Part shown: in pieces, positions 1 through 10,312 of the stretch | How the letters are laid out: the number at the start of each line of letters is the position of its first letter | How positions within the stretch are numbered: position 1 is the stretch's first letter | NCBI GenBank assembly: GCA_002269645.1 | Contig: NIVC01002773.1 | Span: 1-64,000, forward strand | Source: Macrostomum lignano | Lineage: Eukaryota | Length of the DNA: 64,000 nucleotides | Direction of reading: 5' to 3' | Notes under the pieces: generated by a model | Databases searched by the model: none | What the model was told of the DNA's origin: nothing | Seen by the model: the letters and a program-made list of their open reading frames with translations, nothing else | Translations under genes and position numbers: made by a program

Positions 1-189
1 CAGCAATTGCAGCTTCGTGCGCCACCTGATCGCCATAGGCAAGATTTAGAGGAGTGGGGCAGAGATATGTTAGACGAGGCTACCAGGGAGAGGCAGGAGA
101 GGCTCGCCCAGCTGCGCGCGCAAGCTCTGATGCCTCCTCCTTCCACGCCTGAAGAGCCCCCGGGTTCGGGAAACCCGTGGGAGGGCTGA
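1..189 (+). CDS. C-terminus of a gag-like ORF (partial)
   Basis: Open from the window edge to TGA 187-189; ends in an SGN motif overlapping the slippery heptamer, directly upstream of a protease. Gag identity is inferred from position only. Confidence 0.45.
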   Translation, partial: QQLQLRAPPDRHRQDLEEWGRDMLDEATRERQERLAQLRAQALMPPPSTPEEPPGSGNPWEG

Positions 190-230
190 ATGGCCCGGCC
201 CGAACTCAGCCCCGTTCCCTCTCTAGGGCC
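168..230 (+). promoter_or_regulatory. Candidate -1 programmed ribosomal frameshift signal
   Basis: G GGA AAC at 168-174 in the zero frame (X XXY YYZ); 8-nt spacer; stem GGGCTGA 183-189 / TCAGCCC 206-212; loop GGCCC can pair with GGGCC 226-230; the -1 frame is open 168-335. Confidence 0.55.
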
Positions 231-322
231 CAGCTTAACCTGCCACGTCCGCCCAGCAAGAAGTTTAGATTTGAGAAGGTACCGATTTCTATCAGCCAAG
301 ACCAGCTAGAGGACAACGCGGG

Positions 323-689
323 AGAGATATTGTTGTAGAGTTGCCAATTGAGAATGTTCCCACCCGCCTCCTGGTAGATGGGGCAGTGCGCTGTCTTTGC
401 TAACAGTCAAAGACTTTACTAAAATTACCGGACAGAGTGTGGAGGCCCTGGAGCCCCATGTGTGAAGGCCGTGTCCTACACGGGCAATGAATTAGAGATG
501 CTAGGCCAGGCCACCCTCACAGCAGTTATTGGGCTAGAAGAGGTGAGAATCCTCTTTCTGGTCGTTGGCAATTCAGCAGCAGTTTCCCTCCTGGGTAGTG
601 CTTTTCTAGCCAGTACGCATGCTATCATAGACTATCGAACAGAAAAGGTTTACTTGCTAGGTGTGAGTCTCCCATTCGACCCCCGCTGA
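323..689 (+). pseudogene. Retropepsin-type (A2) aspartic protease, broken by three apparent 1-nt deletions
   Basis: Stitched reading IVVELPIENVPTRLLVD-x-GSALSLL...KAVSYTGNELEMLGQ...FLVV...SLLGSAFL...IIDY has the LxDxG active-site context and the LLGxxFL motif; stop at 687-689. Confidence 0.7.
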
Positions 690-1275
690 GTAACAGATCG
701 GTAGCTAGCCAGTGATTGCTTAATTCCCCCCCCCGATTCGCGTGTCGAAATTTTGCTCGTGTTGCCCCGTTGGAGACCGCTTTTCGCGTATTTACGTATG
801 CCCTCTATTACTCGAATTTATGTTGTGACCTCGTGCTCGTTGGTGTTGTTTAAATATCTAAGATTTTAGCTCGAAAATTAGGCCCGTACAGTATGCGTTA
901 ATTCCCTATCAGTAAATATTAACTTGGAAACTAGTAAAATTTCTATGGGTCTGCTCCACAGGAGGTCCTGCCCCGCTGTTTAAGATTTTCTGGGAACAAT
1001 GGAAGTCTGGGACCGTAGGAAATTAGCACCTTTAGGTCTGATTTCGTGTGTTTGTTCACACTTTGTGAAAGTCCGATTTTGGGAAACTTTTAATTGGTTT
1101 CGATGAGGCAATAGGGGGGGCATTCAATGTAATTAAGTTTACCAGGCAAATGGGGCAGCAATTAGTTTAGAGTAGGCCAGTGGTTTAGTCAATGTAAAGT
1201 CAGGTAAGTAATTAAAGTCAAGTTATGGGGACAGATAGCTCAGAATTAGTAAGTAAGCATTAAGAACCACCAGCA

Positions 1276-1681
1276 TCAGCAGTTGGGAAGCCGCAGAAAT
1301 AGCTCCAAGAGCAGTAGCCAGTGCATTGTGAGACCGGCTATTAGGGCCGTCGACAGCACGACCAAATGCCAGGAGCCGTCGGTCTCCACCACAGGGGTTG
1401 GCAAGGGCTGTGGAGCGGCAGCCACGGGCGTCACCGCGGCGACCGGCGGCGGAGCGTGCGCTCGGGCTGACAACGGCGGTGGTACCGGATGCCAACCGGC
1501 CCCGGACGCTGGTTCGCTGGCGGCCCGGCGGTCGCATGGCCCGGGAGCCGCGGCGCCTATGTCACCAGATGGCGCAGCCGGCCCAGAATCAGAGGGGCGT
1601 CCGGCTCTGAATGGCTGTCTTCGGGCGCTTCGTAGTCGGACTCCTCTTCAAGGATGGGCTCGGCTACTAGCGGCCGGAATC
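1276..1681 (-). CDS. Putative antisense terminal exon: Pro/Ala-rich, with a C-terminal hydrophobic segment
   Basis: Frame is stop-free from acceptor CATTTTCAG|GATTCC (1681) to TGA (1278-1276); ends ...WHLVVLSTALIAGLTMHWLLLLELFLRLPNC. Confidence 0.35.
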
Positions 1682-2694
1682 CTGAAAATGAGGATTTAAG
1701 GGATGAAATAGAAGTAGGGAACTAGCCGGGTATTAGGATGTAGATAGATGGGGATTTTAACTTTATGGCGTGTGGTAGTGGCCTTCCTGGGGGTTTCTTC
1801 CTTTCTTCATTCCCTCTCCTTCCCTTGAGCTCTAGGTGATCAAGTAGTGGACCGTGGTAGCCTTCTTCCCCGCCTTCTTTTAATGATACACCTCTAAGGG
1901 ATGGCAGTTTTTCGTCTTCCTCCCCTCTGGTAGAAGGGCAAATGGGTGGCAGTTTCCCCGGGCAATCCACTCTAAGTGGTGACGGGTTCCCTCTTTCTCT
2001 TCCCTGTTAATGTACAATTGGTGGCAGTTTTCCCTAGCAACCTCTCTCAAAATGGTGGCTGATCCTCCTTTTCTTTTCTTTGGTAATGCGCCAAGATGGT
2101 GGTAGGTTCCCCTTTCTCTTTTATAATAGTACATCAAACTGGTGGCAGTCAAATTAATGATTAATTCCTCTTTCGAATTCTTTCGGCTGTTAAGTTTATG
2201 AGGGTCTCGGAGGCATGGATGAGAACTGCGTGCGCGTGGCGTTGAAGGAAGAAATCGAAGGGAGTTGGGCCGCATCATCATTTATCCTCCGGAGTCTAAT
2301 CTCCCAAATCCCTCTTCTATTCATATTAACCAAATTAATTTGTGTGCCTGATCTGAATGTGTGCATGTGAGGTGGGAGTGCGATCTCTGTCGGCTGGAGT
2401 ACGGATCTGCCACGGGCGCGACCGGAGGTGGTCTCGGGTCTGCCCCCTGCTCACAGGTGAGGAAACAGGAAGCGGCGGAACCAGCCAATCAGAGCGCACG
2501 GAGACTAGAGCGAGCGGTCCCAAGCCAACGGCGACCCCGGCCGCAGCAGGTGTGCCTCCCAATGTGCTCAACCAATGGGAAGCCAGCCCCGGCACTATAA
2601 GAAGACCCACGCCTGCCAGAGCTGGAAATCATCAATCAGAGAAATCATTCTGTCCTTCAATCGCTGAAGCATTCTATGAACTATCCAGCTTGAC

Positions 2695-4044
2695 ATGGAC
2701 ACGAAGCCTACCATCAATCGAATTCAGCTATGCTCCAGCTTACCGTCTGAGCGTCCTGCCAGCCCAGTTAGCCGAAAGCGGCCCCGTGACGCCATCCAAG
2801 AGGCGGAGGACGGCCCCGAGCCGCCAGCGGCGGCCTCCGCCAGGGTCGAAGAAGGTGACGAGACAATCGACCCGGCCAATGCTGGGGGCGACACCGCGGA
2901 CATTTCGGACATGGCGGCCGAATTCGGTGAGGCGGCCCGCCGCCTGCGTGATGTTCTGCCCAACAGCCGCCGAAGTGTGGACATCGCCCTGCAAAGAGAA
3001 GAAGTCGATTGGGGTCAGGTGGCTGGCGAACCTTCGGCGACAGCTATGGATCTGGTGCACTGGGTCGGGCCTGAGTCCTATCATGGCCCACTCCAGGCCG
3101 AGGACAGGCATGCGACTCTAGAGCGCCAACTTCGCGACAACCTGGACCGGCCCTGTCTGCTCATCCTGTCAAAAGCGGCCCTGCTGGGATTGGTTGACAA
3201 TACGCTGTTAATGTACATCGAGGCAGCGGCCCAGAGCGCCTACAAATACGCCCTCAGCGACCTAGTCCGGCAGGCCGCCAAGTTCCTCCGCAAGGTTGTG
3301 GATGAGGAACCATCACACCTGACAGCCCGGCCGCCGTCCTGTGCCCCCATCACAGCAATCTTCAGCACCTGCGATCGGCCGGTCTACAAGAAGGTGATCA
3401 TCAGCTGCGCAGCCTCCTCTCAGATGACTAGACAACTGACGCCAACCCAGAGAGCCCGGCTATTGATTGGCCTGGCCAGCTTGGCCAGCCGCTGGGGCAT
3501 GCTTCCTGCGGACCTGCCAGGGCTGCTCTGGGGCTTCCTGAGCGAGGGCGCCGAATGGGAAGAGGCTCTCGTCATCCACGACGGCATTCTTGCGGCCTCC
3601 GCGCCGGCCTCTGCGCCCCTCCTCTATGCGCCGTTTGCCACAGTGGCCTGGGCCGCCACTCTCTCGCAACGGTTCAATCGCCGCTGTGGGTGGGTGTTGG
3701 CGGCCCTGGGCGACGTTGAGCCCGGCTACGCGGGCCTGGCCGAGGTGCCCCGTGGCACTTTGCAGCATTTTGCAATCGCGCAGCCGCCCCTGTCTGCACC
3801 AACTCTGACACGGCTGCAACAAGTACGGAATGCGGCCTTCGTCGTCCAATGCCAAGCCCTGGGCATCCCGACTCTGCCGCAGTTGAGGGGCGTGCTGCGC
3901 AACGACATCTTGCCTAGCCGATGGCACCGAGTGGTGCTCACGGCCGCGGCAGCCCAACGTTATGTGGAAGCATGGGCAAGTGCCATGGCTCAGGTGGCGG
4001 CATATGGCCCGTACCAGCTAAATCAAGAGGCCCATTTCGAGTAA
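2695..4044 (+). CDS. 449-aa orphan protein inside the LTR element; possibly extended 5' via the overlapping ORF 2357-3121
   Basis: Long, non-repetitive, GC-rich ORF with an acidic/Pro-rich N-terminus and a helical-looking remainder; no family recognised; CCAAT (~2571) and TATAAG (2596) lie upstream. Confidence 0.55.
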   Translation: MDTKPTINRIQLCSSLPSERPASPVSRKRPRDAIQEAEDGPEPPAAASARVEEGDETIDPANAGGDTADISDMAAEFGEAARRLRDVLPNSRRSVDIALQREEVDWGQVAGEPSATAMDLVHWVGPESYHGPLQAEDRHATLERQLRDNLDRPCLLILSKAALLGLVDNTLLMYIEAAAQSAYKYALSDLVRQAAKFLRKVVDEEPSHLTARPPSCAPITAIFSTCDRPVYKKVIISCAASSQMTRQLTPTQRARLLIGLASLASRWGMLPADLPGLLWGFLSEGAEWEEALVIHDGILAASAPASAPLLYAPFATVAWAATLSQRFNRRCGWVLAALGDVEPGYAGLAEVPRGTLQHFAIAQPPLSAPTLTRLQQVRNAAFVVQCQALGIPTLPQLRGVLRNDILPSRWHRVVLTAAAAQRYVEAWASAMAQVAAYGPYQLNQEAHFE

Positions 4045-5087
4045 GGATGCCGACTGCCTGCTGAGCGACGTCCGCCGGCCGGTCCGACCCGCCTTTCCGC
4101 CCCCTTGCGGTGTGTGTTTGTCGTGTGTGTGTGTGTGAAATTATCCTATTAATATTCGGTTCTTCCATAATACTCATTTTTAAACTTTAATAACCAATAT
4201 ACGAGTCATTGTTGTGTCATTATCCTAAAAATTCCTAAAAATGGCTCTGTGTTGGCTGCTCACTACTTTTACCGTAAGAAAGGCCATATATTATTACTGC
4301 AATTGGCTCAGTCTAAAACGAAAGGCATGGCGAGTGGGTAGATTTCGTTTAACGTATAGGCGAAAGGAAATCAGGTTGGTGATGGGACTTACCGAGTAGT
4401 TGTATAGTTTGGAAAATCGCGCTGAGTGCCTTGGTTGGAAACTGCGACTCCGTGTAGGTTGCAGGCAGCCGGCTCCCGTTATCAGTGGCGCCTTTTATAC
4501 AGTGGCCAGCGCACGGCGCGGCGCCTCCCAGCCTACAACCGATCGCCCCGAAGCCCTCTGACTGGCTGAAGCGGGGTCCGAGCCTTCAAGGACGCTAGGC
4601 CTCCGTGCGGTTGAACTCCCGGCGAAATTAGCTTATTAATTTACTGCGCTGCATTAGTATTTTTTCCCTGTGTAATCGTCATTCTCCCCGAGGCTCTGCC
4701 CTTGGCTGTGTGCTAGCAACCCTTCCCCCCTTCTTTTTCCCCACTTCCCTCACCCTTCCCCGTTTCCTCTCTTTCCCAGCTGCGCTTCTATCCAATTATG
4801 ATAATTTATTGTTGACAATTCGCTATTTTTCTCCCTACTATTGCGCTGTCTGTGTTTCCCCCCTCCCACTTTAGCCACAGCAACAGTTGAAATTTTTGAA
4901 ATTCTGTATTGCACTCCAACCTATGTATCTCGTTTTGTGAATTTATTGCTATCCCCTCTATTTTATCGCCTTTTTCCATTCCCGCTCGCGGTTTGTTAAT
5001 TCTGTGATTTCACGTTCGGTTGAGATCCCGCTCCCGTCTGTGTGGTTCCATGTTGGGCAGTGATGATGACGGAACCAGTTCCGTCAC

Positions 5088-5102
5088 AAAAGGCAGTGGG
5101 GG
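5088..5102 (+). other. Polypurine tract preceding the 3' LTR
   Basis: AAAAGGCAGTGGGGG, a few nt before TGTAACC at 5108. Confidence 0.5.
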
Positions 5103-5962
5103 TGTGATGTAACCACGCTCTGGTCGCGGGATAGGGCATGGGAACTTTTTTGAAAGTGCCTCCTATCCCGTGCACCCTCTGCACAGAGCTGTCGAGACTC
5201 GGCCAGGTCTCCGACCGGGCCTGGAGACTCCCGCTCTGCTGCACCCCTCCTGCTGCCTTGGTCCCGTCTCTCCTGCCGCCACACCTGCCTTTCCGGAGCC
5301 CCTACCCCTTTCTGTACCTCCCCCTCTACCCTATCTCTTCTGTTCCCGCCCTATTCTTCCTGTACTTTCTCTACCTCCTCCCTTTTTTTGTCTCCCTCTG
5401 CACTCTTTTCCTGCGCTGTCCCCTCTTTCCCTGTGTCTACTTACAGTACTTTGTGTGCTCACCGTCTCCCCATCCCCTCTCAAACTCCCAAACGGTGACG
5501 CAAGTCGTGTGACCCCTTCTCCCCCTCGGTGACTCATCGATGACTCATCCCCCTCTCTTGCGCAACCTTTTCTCACGCTATTGTTCTCCTTCCCAAATTT
5601 CTCATGTGACACCCACCCCACCTCCGCTTCTATTGTTCTCGTTTTTGCTTCTTTTGTTCTCTCGACCCCCACCAATTATCACATTTTCTCCGATTTTCTC
5701 TTTCTTTTGTTCTCGTTTTCGCACCTAATTATCACCTTTTCTCCAATGTTTACTTTTCCATTGTTCTCAGTTTTCCCCAATTATCCCCGATTTCCAATTC
5801 CTTTGTTCTCGACCCCAGCCCTATTGTTCTCAATGTTTGCTTGCGCAACACTTTCGCGACCACCCGCTGCGCCAATTATCCCCCACCCCACCTCCGGATT
5901 GCGCAATTTCCCGATTTCTCATGTTGCTATGCCGGTCTCATGCTTCTCATCATGACTCATTC

Positions 5963-6045
5963 TGACGTCATTCTGCCGGCAGCCAATCAGAGAGAGGGGG
6001 CCATGGTAACGACCTTGAGGAGGCGGCTGTGAGGTCTATAAAAGG
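5963..6045 (+). promoter_or_regulatory. Pol II promoter motif cluster in the LTR (CRE, CCAAT, partial X-box, TATA)
   Basis: TGACGTCA 5963-5970, CCAAT 5983-5987, CCATGGTAAC 6001-6010, TATAAAAGG 6037-6045. Confidence 0.5.
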
Positions 6046-6162
6046 AAGCGATTTCGGCATGAGAATACTCAACTGAGTTTATCTCTGTTCCTCTCCTCGT
6101 CCTTCTTTGGACTTGCTGTCAGATTGAGTTCTGACCCATTCGTCTATAAGACGAATCCCTGC

Positions 6163-6459
6163 CATACATGCGCAACCTCCAAAATTCGGTCGGCCATGCA
6201 ACTTAGTTTTAACAAAAATGCGACGTAGTTTTTGGCTAAAAATGCGACTTACATGTAAAAAAACCCTAACGCAAAATTAACGCAACTTTGGGTAAACGGC
6301 AGGAGTAACTATGACTGTCTTATTAAGTCAAAATGCCTCGTCAGCTACTTAGTACTACTACTTTGCGTTTTTTCGGGTGGGCATTTTTGCGACTTCCTTG
6401 GTTGGGAGCCAAATCGGTCGGCCGGATCGGCCGACTCGGCCGACTGTTGCGCATGTATG
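6163..6459. mobile_element. 297-bp MITE, hAT-like (8-bp TSD), inserted in the LTR
   Basis: 14-bp perfect TIR CATACATGCGCAAC / GTTGCGCATGTATG; TSD ATCCCTGC at 6155-6162 and 6460-6467. Confidence 0.9.
6290..6353 (+). other. 64-nt fragment resembling eukaryotic 28S rRNA helix 69-71 (R2 / I-PpoI target region)
   Basis: GGGTAAACGGCAGGAGTAACTATGACTGTCTTATTAAGTCAAAATGCCTCGTCAGCTACTTAGT aligns ungapped to the conserved GGGTAAACGGCGGGAGTAACTATGACTCTCTTAAGGTAGCCAAATGCCTCGTCATCTAATTAGT (recalled consensus; 53/64 by hand count). Confidence 0.85.
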
Positions 6460-7998
6460 ATCCCTGCCGGCCCACGGTCTGTTACCGCCAAGTTATCCTT
6501 AGCTCCCCAAGTGAGCTCGCCTATCGGCCAGCGGTCTGATACCGCCCAGCATCATCAGCATCGCCTGATCTACATCAGCGCCTCGTCGCTCCAGCGCATC
6601 GCCGCTTCACCGTCTGCCTGACTGCAGCCTACAGCCGCCCTCGGTCACTCCGTCTCTCTCTCTCTCTGTGCAGCTGCCGGTAAGTTCCTGCTACTAATTT
6701 GTGCTCTAATTGCCTTTGCTTATCCGGGGTTTGCCTATTTTCCATTGTCTGATTAGAGAGCTGAGCCAATTGTGATACCGTATCTTTTGCTGTATTTTAC
6801 TCAATAGTGAAGCTGCCTAATTGCCTGCTTATTTGCCTAAGGGCCTAATTATTAACTATTAACTAACTTCATCATTATTCAATCTTTCACCATCATTTCA
6901 CTCATGGCTTGCTAAGCCTTTCTCCCGGGTGGCAAAGCATAAGGAAGTTTGGGTAAGCTAATGGCCTCTCCCCGTGCACAGCCCGCCTGTGAGTGCGTGC
7001 TGCGGGGCCGCGTGTGCGTGCAGTAGAGGGATTAGCGAGTCTTGGCACAGAATGGCAGTAGGAAGGTTGCAACCCCATGCTAACGCGTCCCTTCGCCCTG
7101 AGCAATCTAAACTGTAGACAGTACATGTTCGCCTCATACTACTCTTAGTAATCAAAGTCGCAAGTCAGCCTCGCTCACAGCCACAAAGGATCCCCTGCTG
7201 AGAAATCCTCCAGGATTGAGCCCAGAGTTCCCGATCATGCCCCAAGCAGAGTCCCTGTACTCGGCTGCATGCGTCTCCCCTGTTAGCCTAAATCCCCTGG
7301 TAACCAATCCAGGCGGGGCTCTAGCCTCGAGAGGTCTGGTAGAAAGATCCAGGTGCGCCAGGTCACATAGAGTGGTGGCAGCCACTCGGTCATACTATGA
7401 CCGAGTGACCAACTATTGCACCTTGGCTACAGGTGGGGTCCATGTGGGTCCTTGGCCCTCTGGTCACGAAGCGCTACCAAAGCTACTAATCATGTGGGCG
7501 GGACAGTCTGGTGCTGGAGGTCCGTCAGGTCATTGCCCGGTCATAGGCAGCCTACGGTCATTGCCCCCTCTAGTCATGCGTTCGTCTCTCTACGGAGCGG
7601 ACAGGCGACAAGGGCGGTTACATCAATGACTTATTCTTTTGGATCAATTAAATTAATATATACTATTATTCTCACTTGTTACTGAAACAGCTATTACCAA
7701 AGTGGCCACTACCAAAGTGGACTGTTACCTTTAAAACTGTTGTTTATAGTATATAGCTTGTACTTTTAGTACTTTATATAGGCCTAGTAATTGTCAAATA
7801 CATAATATTGATTAATATTGTTAATGCAAATAGCTCTGCGCATCTTTTTCTAGAGGGTTCAATAAATATCCAATACAGTATCGTACCAATATATCTATGG
7901 TTGTTAGTTCATATCGCAAATACGCTAATACTTTAAGTGCCCTCCTATACTGCTCAATTTTTCATCCTATGTATTTTTTTGTTAAAACTGATAAAATA

Positions 7999-8021
7999 TC
8001 TATACATATAAAAATCAAAAC

Positions 8022-8054
<33 letters not shown>

Positions 8055-10240
8055 GGACAAATTACTTCGCTATGGACTCCCAAACCGCTCAACCAAATTA
8101 CACCAAACTTTACACCCACCCTAAACTTACTACGGAGAATGTCTTAGGCTACCTTTTAATTTCCTAGACTCAAGTCTTCCTACCTAAAAGTACAAAAAAC
8201 TGCTCAAAATGCGCGATTTTTTAACTAAATCCTCCATAGCGCCGCTCCACTTCTACCGATTCTCTTCAAATTTGACACAGGCAATTTTCAACTATTTTGA
8301 CACAATCGTGTAAAATTTCAAATCTCAAAGTTACTCCTGAAAGCCGCTGTGCACTTTTAAAGTTAGGCTGTTTTTTCAGCGAGGCAGCCACCCCAACCTC
8401 CGCCCGCCTGCCTCTCTTTCCCGATCTGGGCCCAGATGTGAAAAAGGGGTTTAAAATGACTAACTTTCGGCTGCCATAAGTTTGCTCCACGTGAAGCGAT
8501 TGACTTCAAACTTGACACAATTCTTCATTGACTCATTCTCTGTCTAAATGTTAAGTCTTAACTCTGTAACTCAATCAGAACAGAAACTGTAAGCATGTGA
8601 AGTTTGTCTGCTTTTTCTGTTGTTTGTGGCGCTCAACTCACTCATTCCCGCAGTCCAGACGAAGGGTCAGGCGATAGGGCTCAATGTACATAGCGAATGT
8701 ACAGTGTTTTGGAATAGCTTTATTTATAACCTTCTCTGCACCCCGAGAGTGGAGAGGCTACGTTTAGCCATAACAGTTTAGTGAGAATTCTAACCACTGC
8801 CCTCCCCTCTGTATTGGCAAACTCTGCAGCAGTTTAACACTGGATGGCAATTGGCAAATCGAGGGAATCCAGCATGGTTTGTAAAAGCGAAAGATTTATG
8901 AAAAGGCGATGCGATGCAATGCAATATAACCCTACTAAATTAGGCACACCATGGAAATTTTAGGTTTCTTTTAAAGGTAGTGTGTAAATTTTAAATGGCC
9001 TCCTAAGAAATGCGTATTTCCTTGGTTGTTAGACTGATGCAGACTGCAGTGGAGCTGAAGATACAAAAATTCTTTTCAGGGCTTGCAAATTGGCAAGAAA
9101 GGTGACATGATCAAAGCATGAGAACAGCCATGAGAGTACTACGTCCCACAAACTGGCTTTCTAAGCAGGAATGGGCAGACTTTTACCTCTAAGTCCAGAA
9201 AAGAATCCAGCTTATGGCTGAGGGGCAGTTGAGAGTGGGGAGAAGAAGGAATAGACTATTCGAAAAGAGAGGAGAGGTGAGAGAGGGAATAAGAGAAAAG
9301 ATAAAAGATAATAGGAGAGATGAGGGAGTGAGGACGATGAGAGGAGAGAGTAGAGAGGAGAGAGTAGAGGAGCGAGTAGAGAGGAGAGAGTAGAGGAGCG
9401 AGTAGAGAGGAAAGAGTAGAGAGGAGCGAGTAGAGAGGAGAGAGTAGAGTAGCGAGTAGAGAGGAGAGAGTAGAGAGTAGAGTAGCGAGTGGAGAGGAAA
9501 GAGTAGAGAGGAGCGAGTAGAGAGGAGAGAGTAGAAGAGCGAGTAGAGGGGCGAGTAGAGAGGAGAGAGTAGAGGAGCGAGTAGAGGAGCGAGTAGATAG
9601 GAGAGAGTAGACAGTAGAGTAGATAGGAGAGAGTAGACAGTAGAGTAGCGAGTGGAGAGGAGAGTGTAGAGGAGCGAGTAGAGAGGAGTTAGTAAAGAGG
9701 AGAAAGGAGAGATAAGAGAGAGAATGGAAGAGAGAAGAGATAAAGTTGTACAGATGAGAGAGGTGTAAGGAGAGATGAGAAATGAGAGATGAGAGATAAA
9801 GGAGGAGAGTGGAGAGAGAAGAGACGAGACAAGAGATGGAGAGAGTATATAGAAGAGGGAAGAGAAGAGAAGAGAAGAAAGGAGAAAGGAAAGTGAGGAG
9901 ACAAAAGAGGTGAAAGAAAAGAGTACAGAGGACAAAATGAGAGAACATTAAGACAGTAAAGATGACAGATGAAAGAGGGGGATGAGCTGAGAGCAGAGAC
10001 GAAAATTAACAGACGAGAGATGGGAGAATAGAGAGAACAGAAGAGAGAGAAGAGAGAAGAGATTACAGAGACGAGAGGAGAGACAAAGGGAGAGAGAAGT
10101 GAGTGAGGCGAGAGGAGAGAAAAGAGGAGAATGGAGGGGAGAGAGTAGAGAGGAGAAGAAAGATGGGAGAGAAGAGATTACAGAGACTAGAGGAGAGAGG
10201 AGAGACAGGGAGAGAGAAGAGGAAATAGGAGAATAAAGAG

Positions 10241-10312
<72 letters not shown>

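Larger units (their letters stand above)
1..7622 (+). mobile_element. 3' part of an LTR retrotransposon-derived element (gag end, protease, no pol, orphan ORFs, PPT, 3' LTR); runs off the left edge of the window
   Basis: ORF ending ...GSGNPWEG with a G GGA AAC slippery site, retropepsin-like remnant, purine tract at 5088-5102 followed by TGTAACC...GGTTACA-bounded segment; sequence turns AT-rich right after 7622. Confidence 0.6.
5108..7622 (+). repeat. 3' LTR (~2.5 kb including the inserted MITE)
   Basis: Starts TGTAACC and ends GGTTACA (7-bp terminal inverted match, TG...CA); PPT immediately upstream; internal promoter motifs. The 5' LTR is not in the window. Confidence 0.65.

Noticed and set aside
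4996-6032. Cluster of short ORFs in the pyrimidine-rich LTR start
   Set aside because: Compositionally biased LTR sequence; no protein motifs
6290-6353. Functional rRNA gene
   Set aside because: Only 64 nt, with non-compensated changes in the helix 69 stem, inside a MITE; kept as a derived fragment
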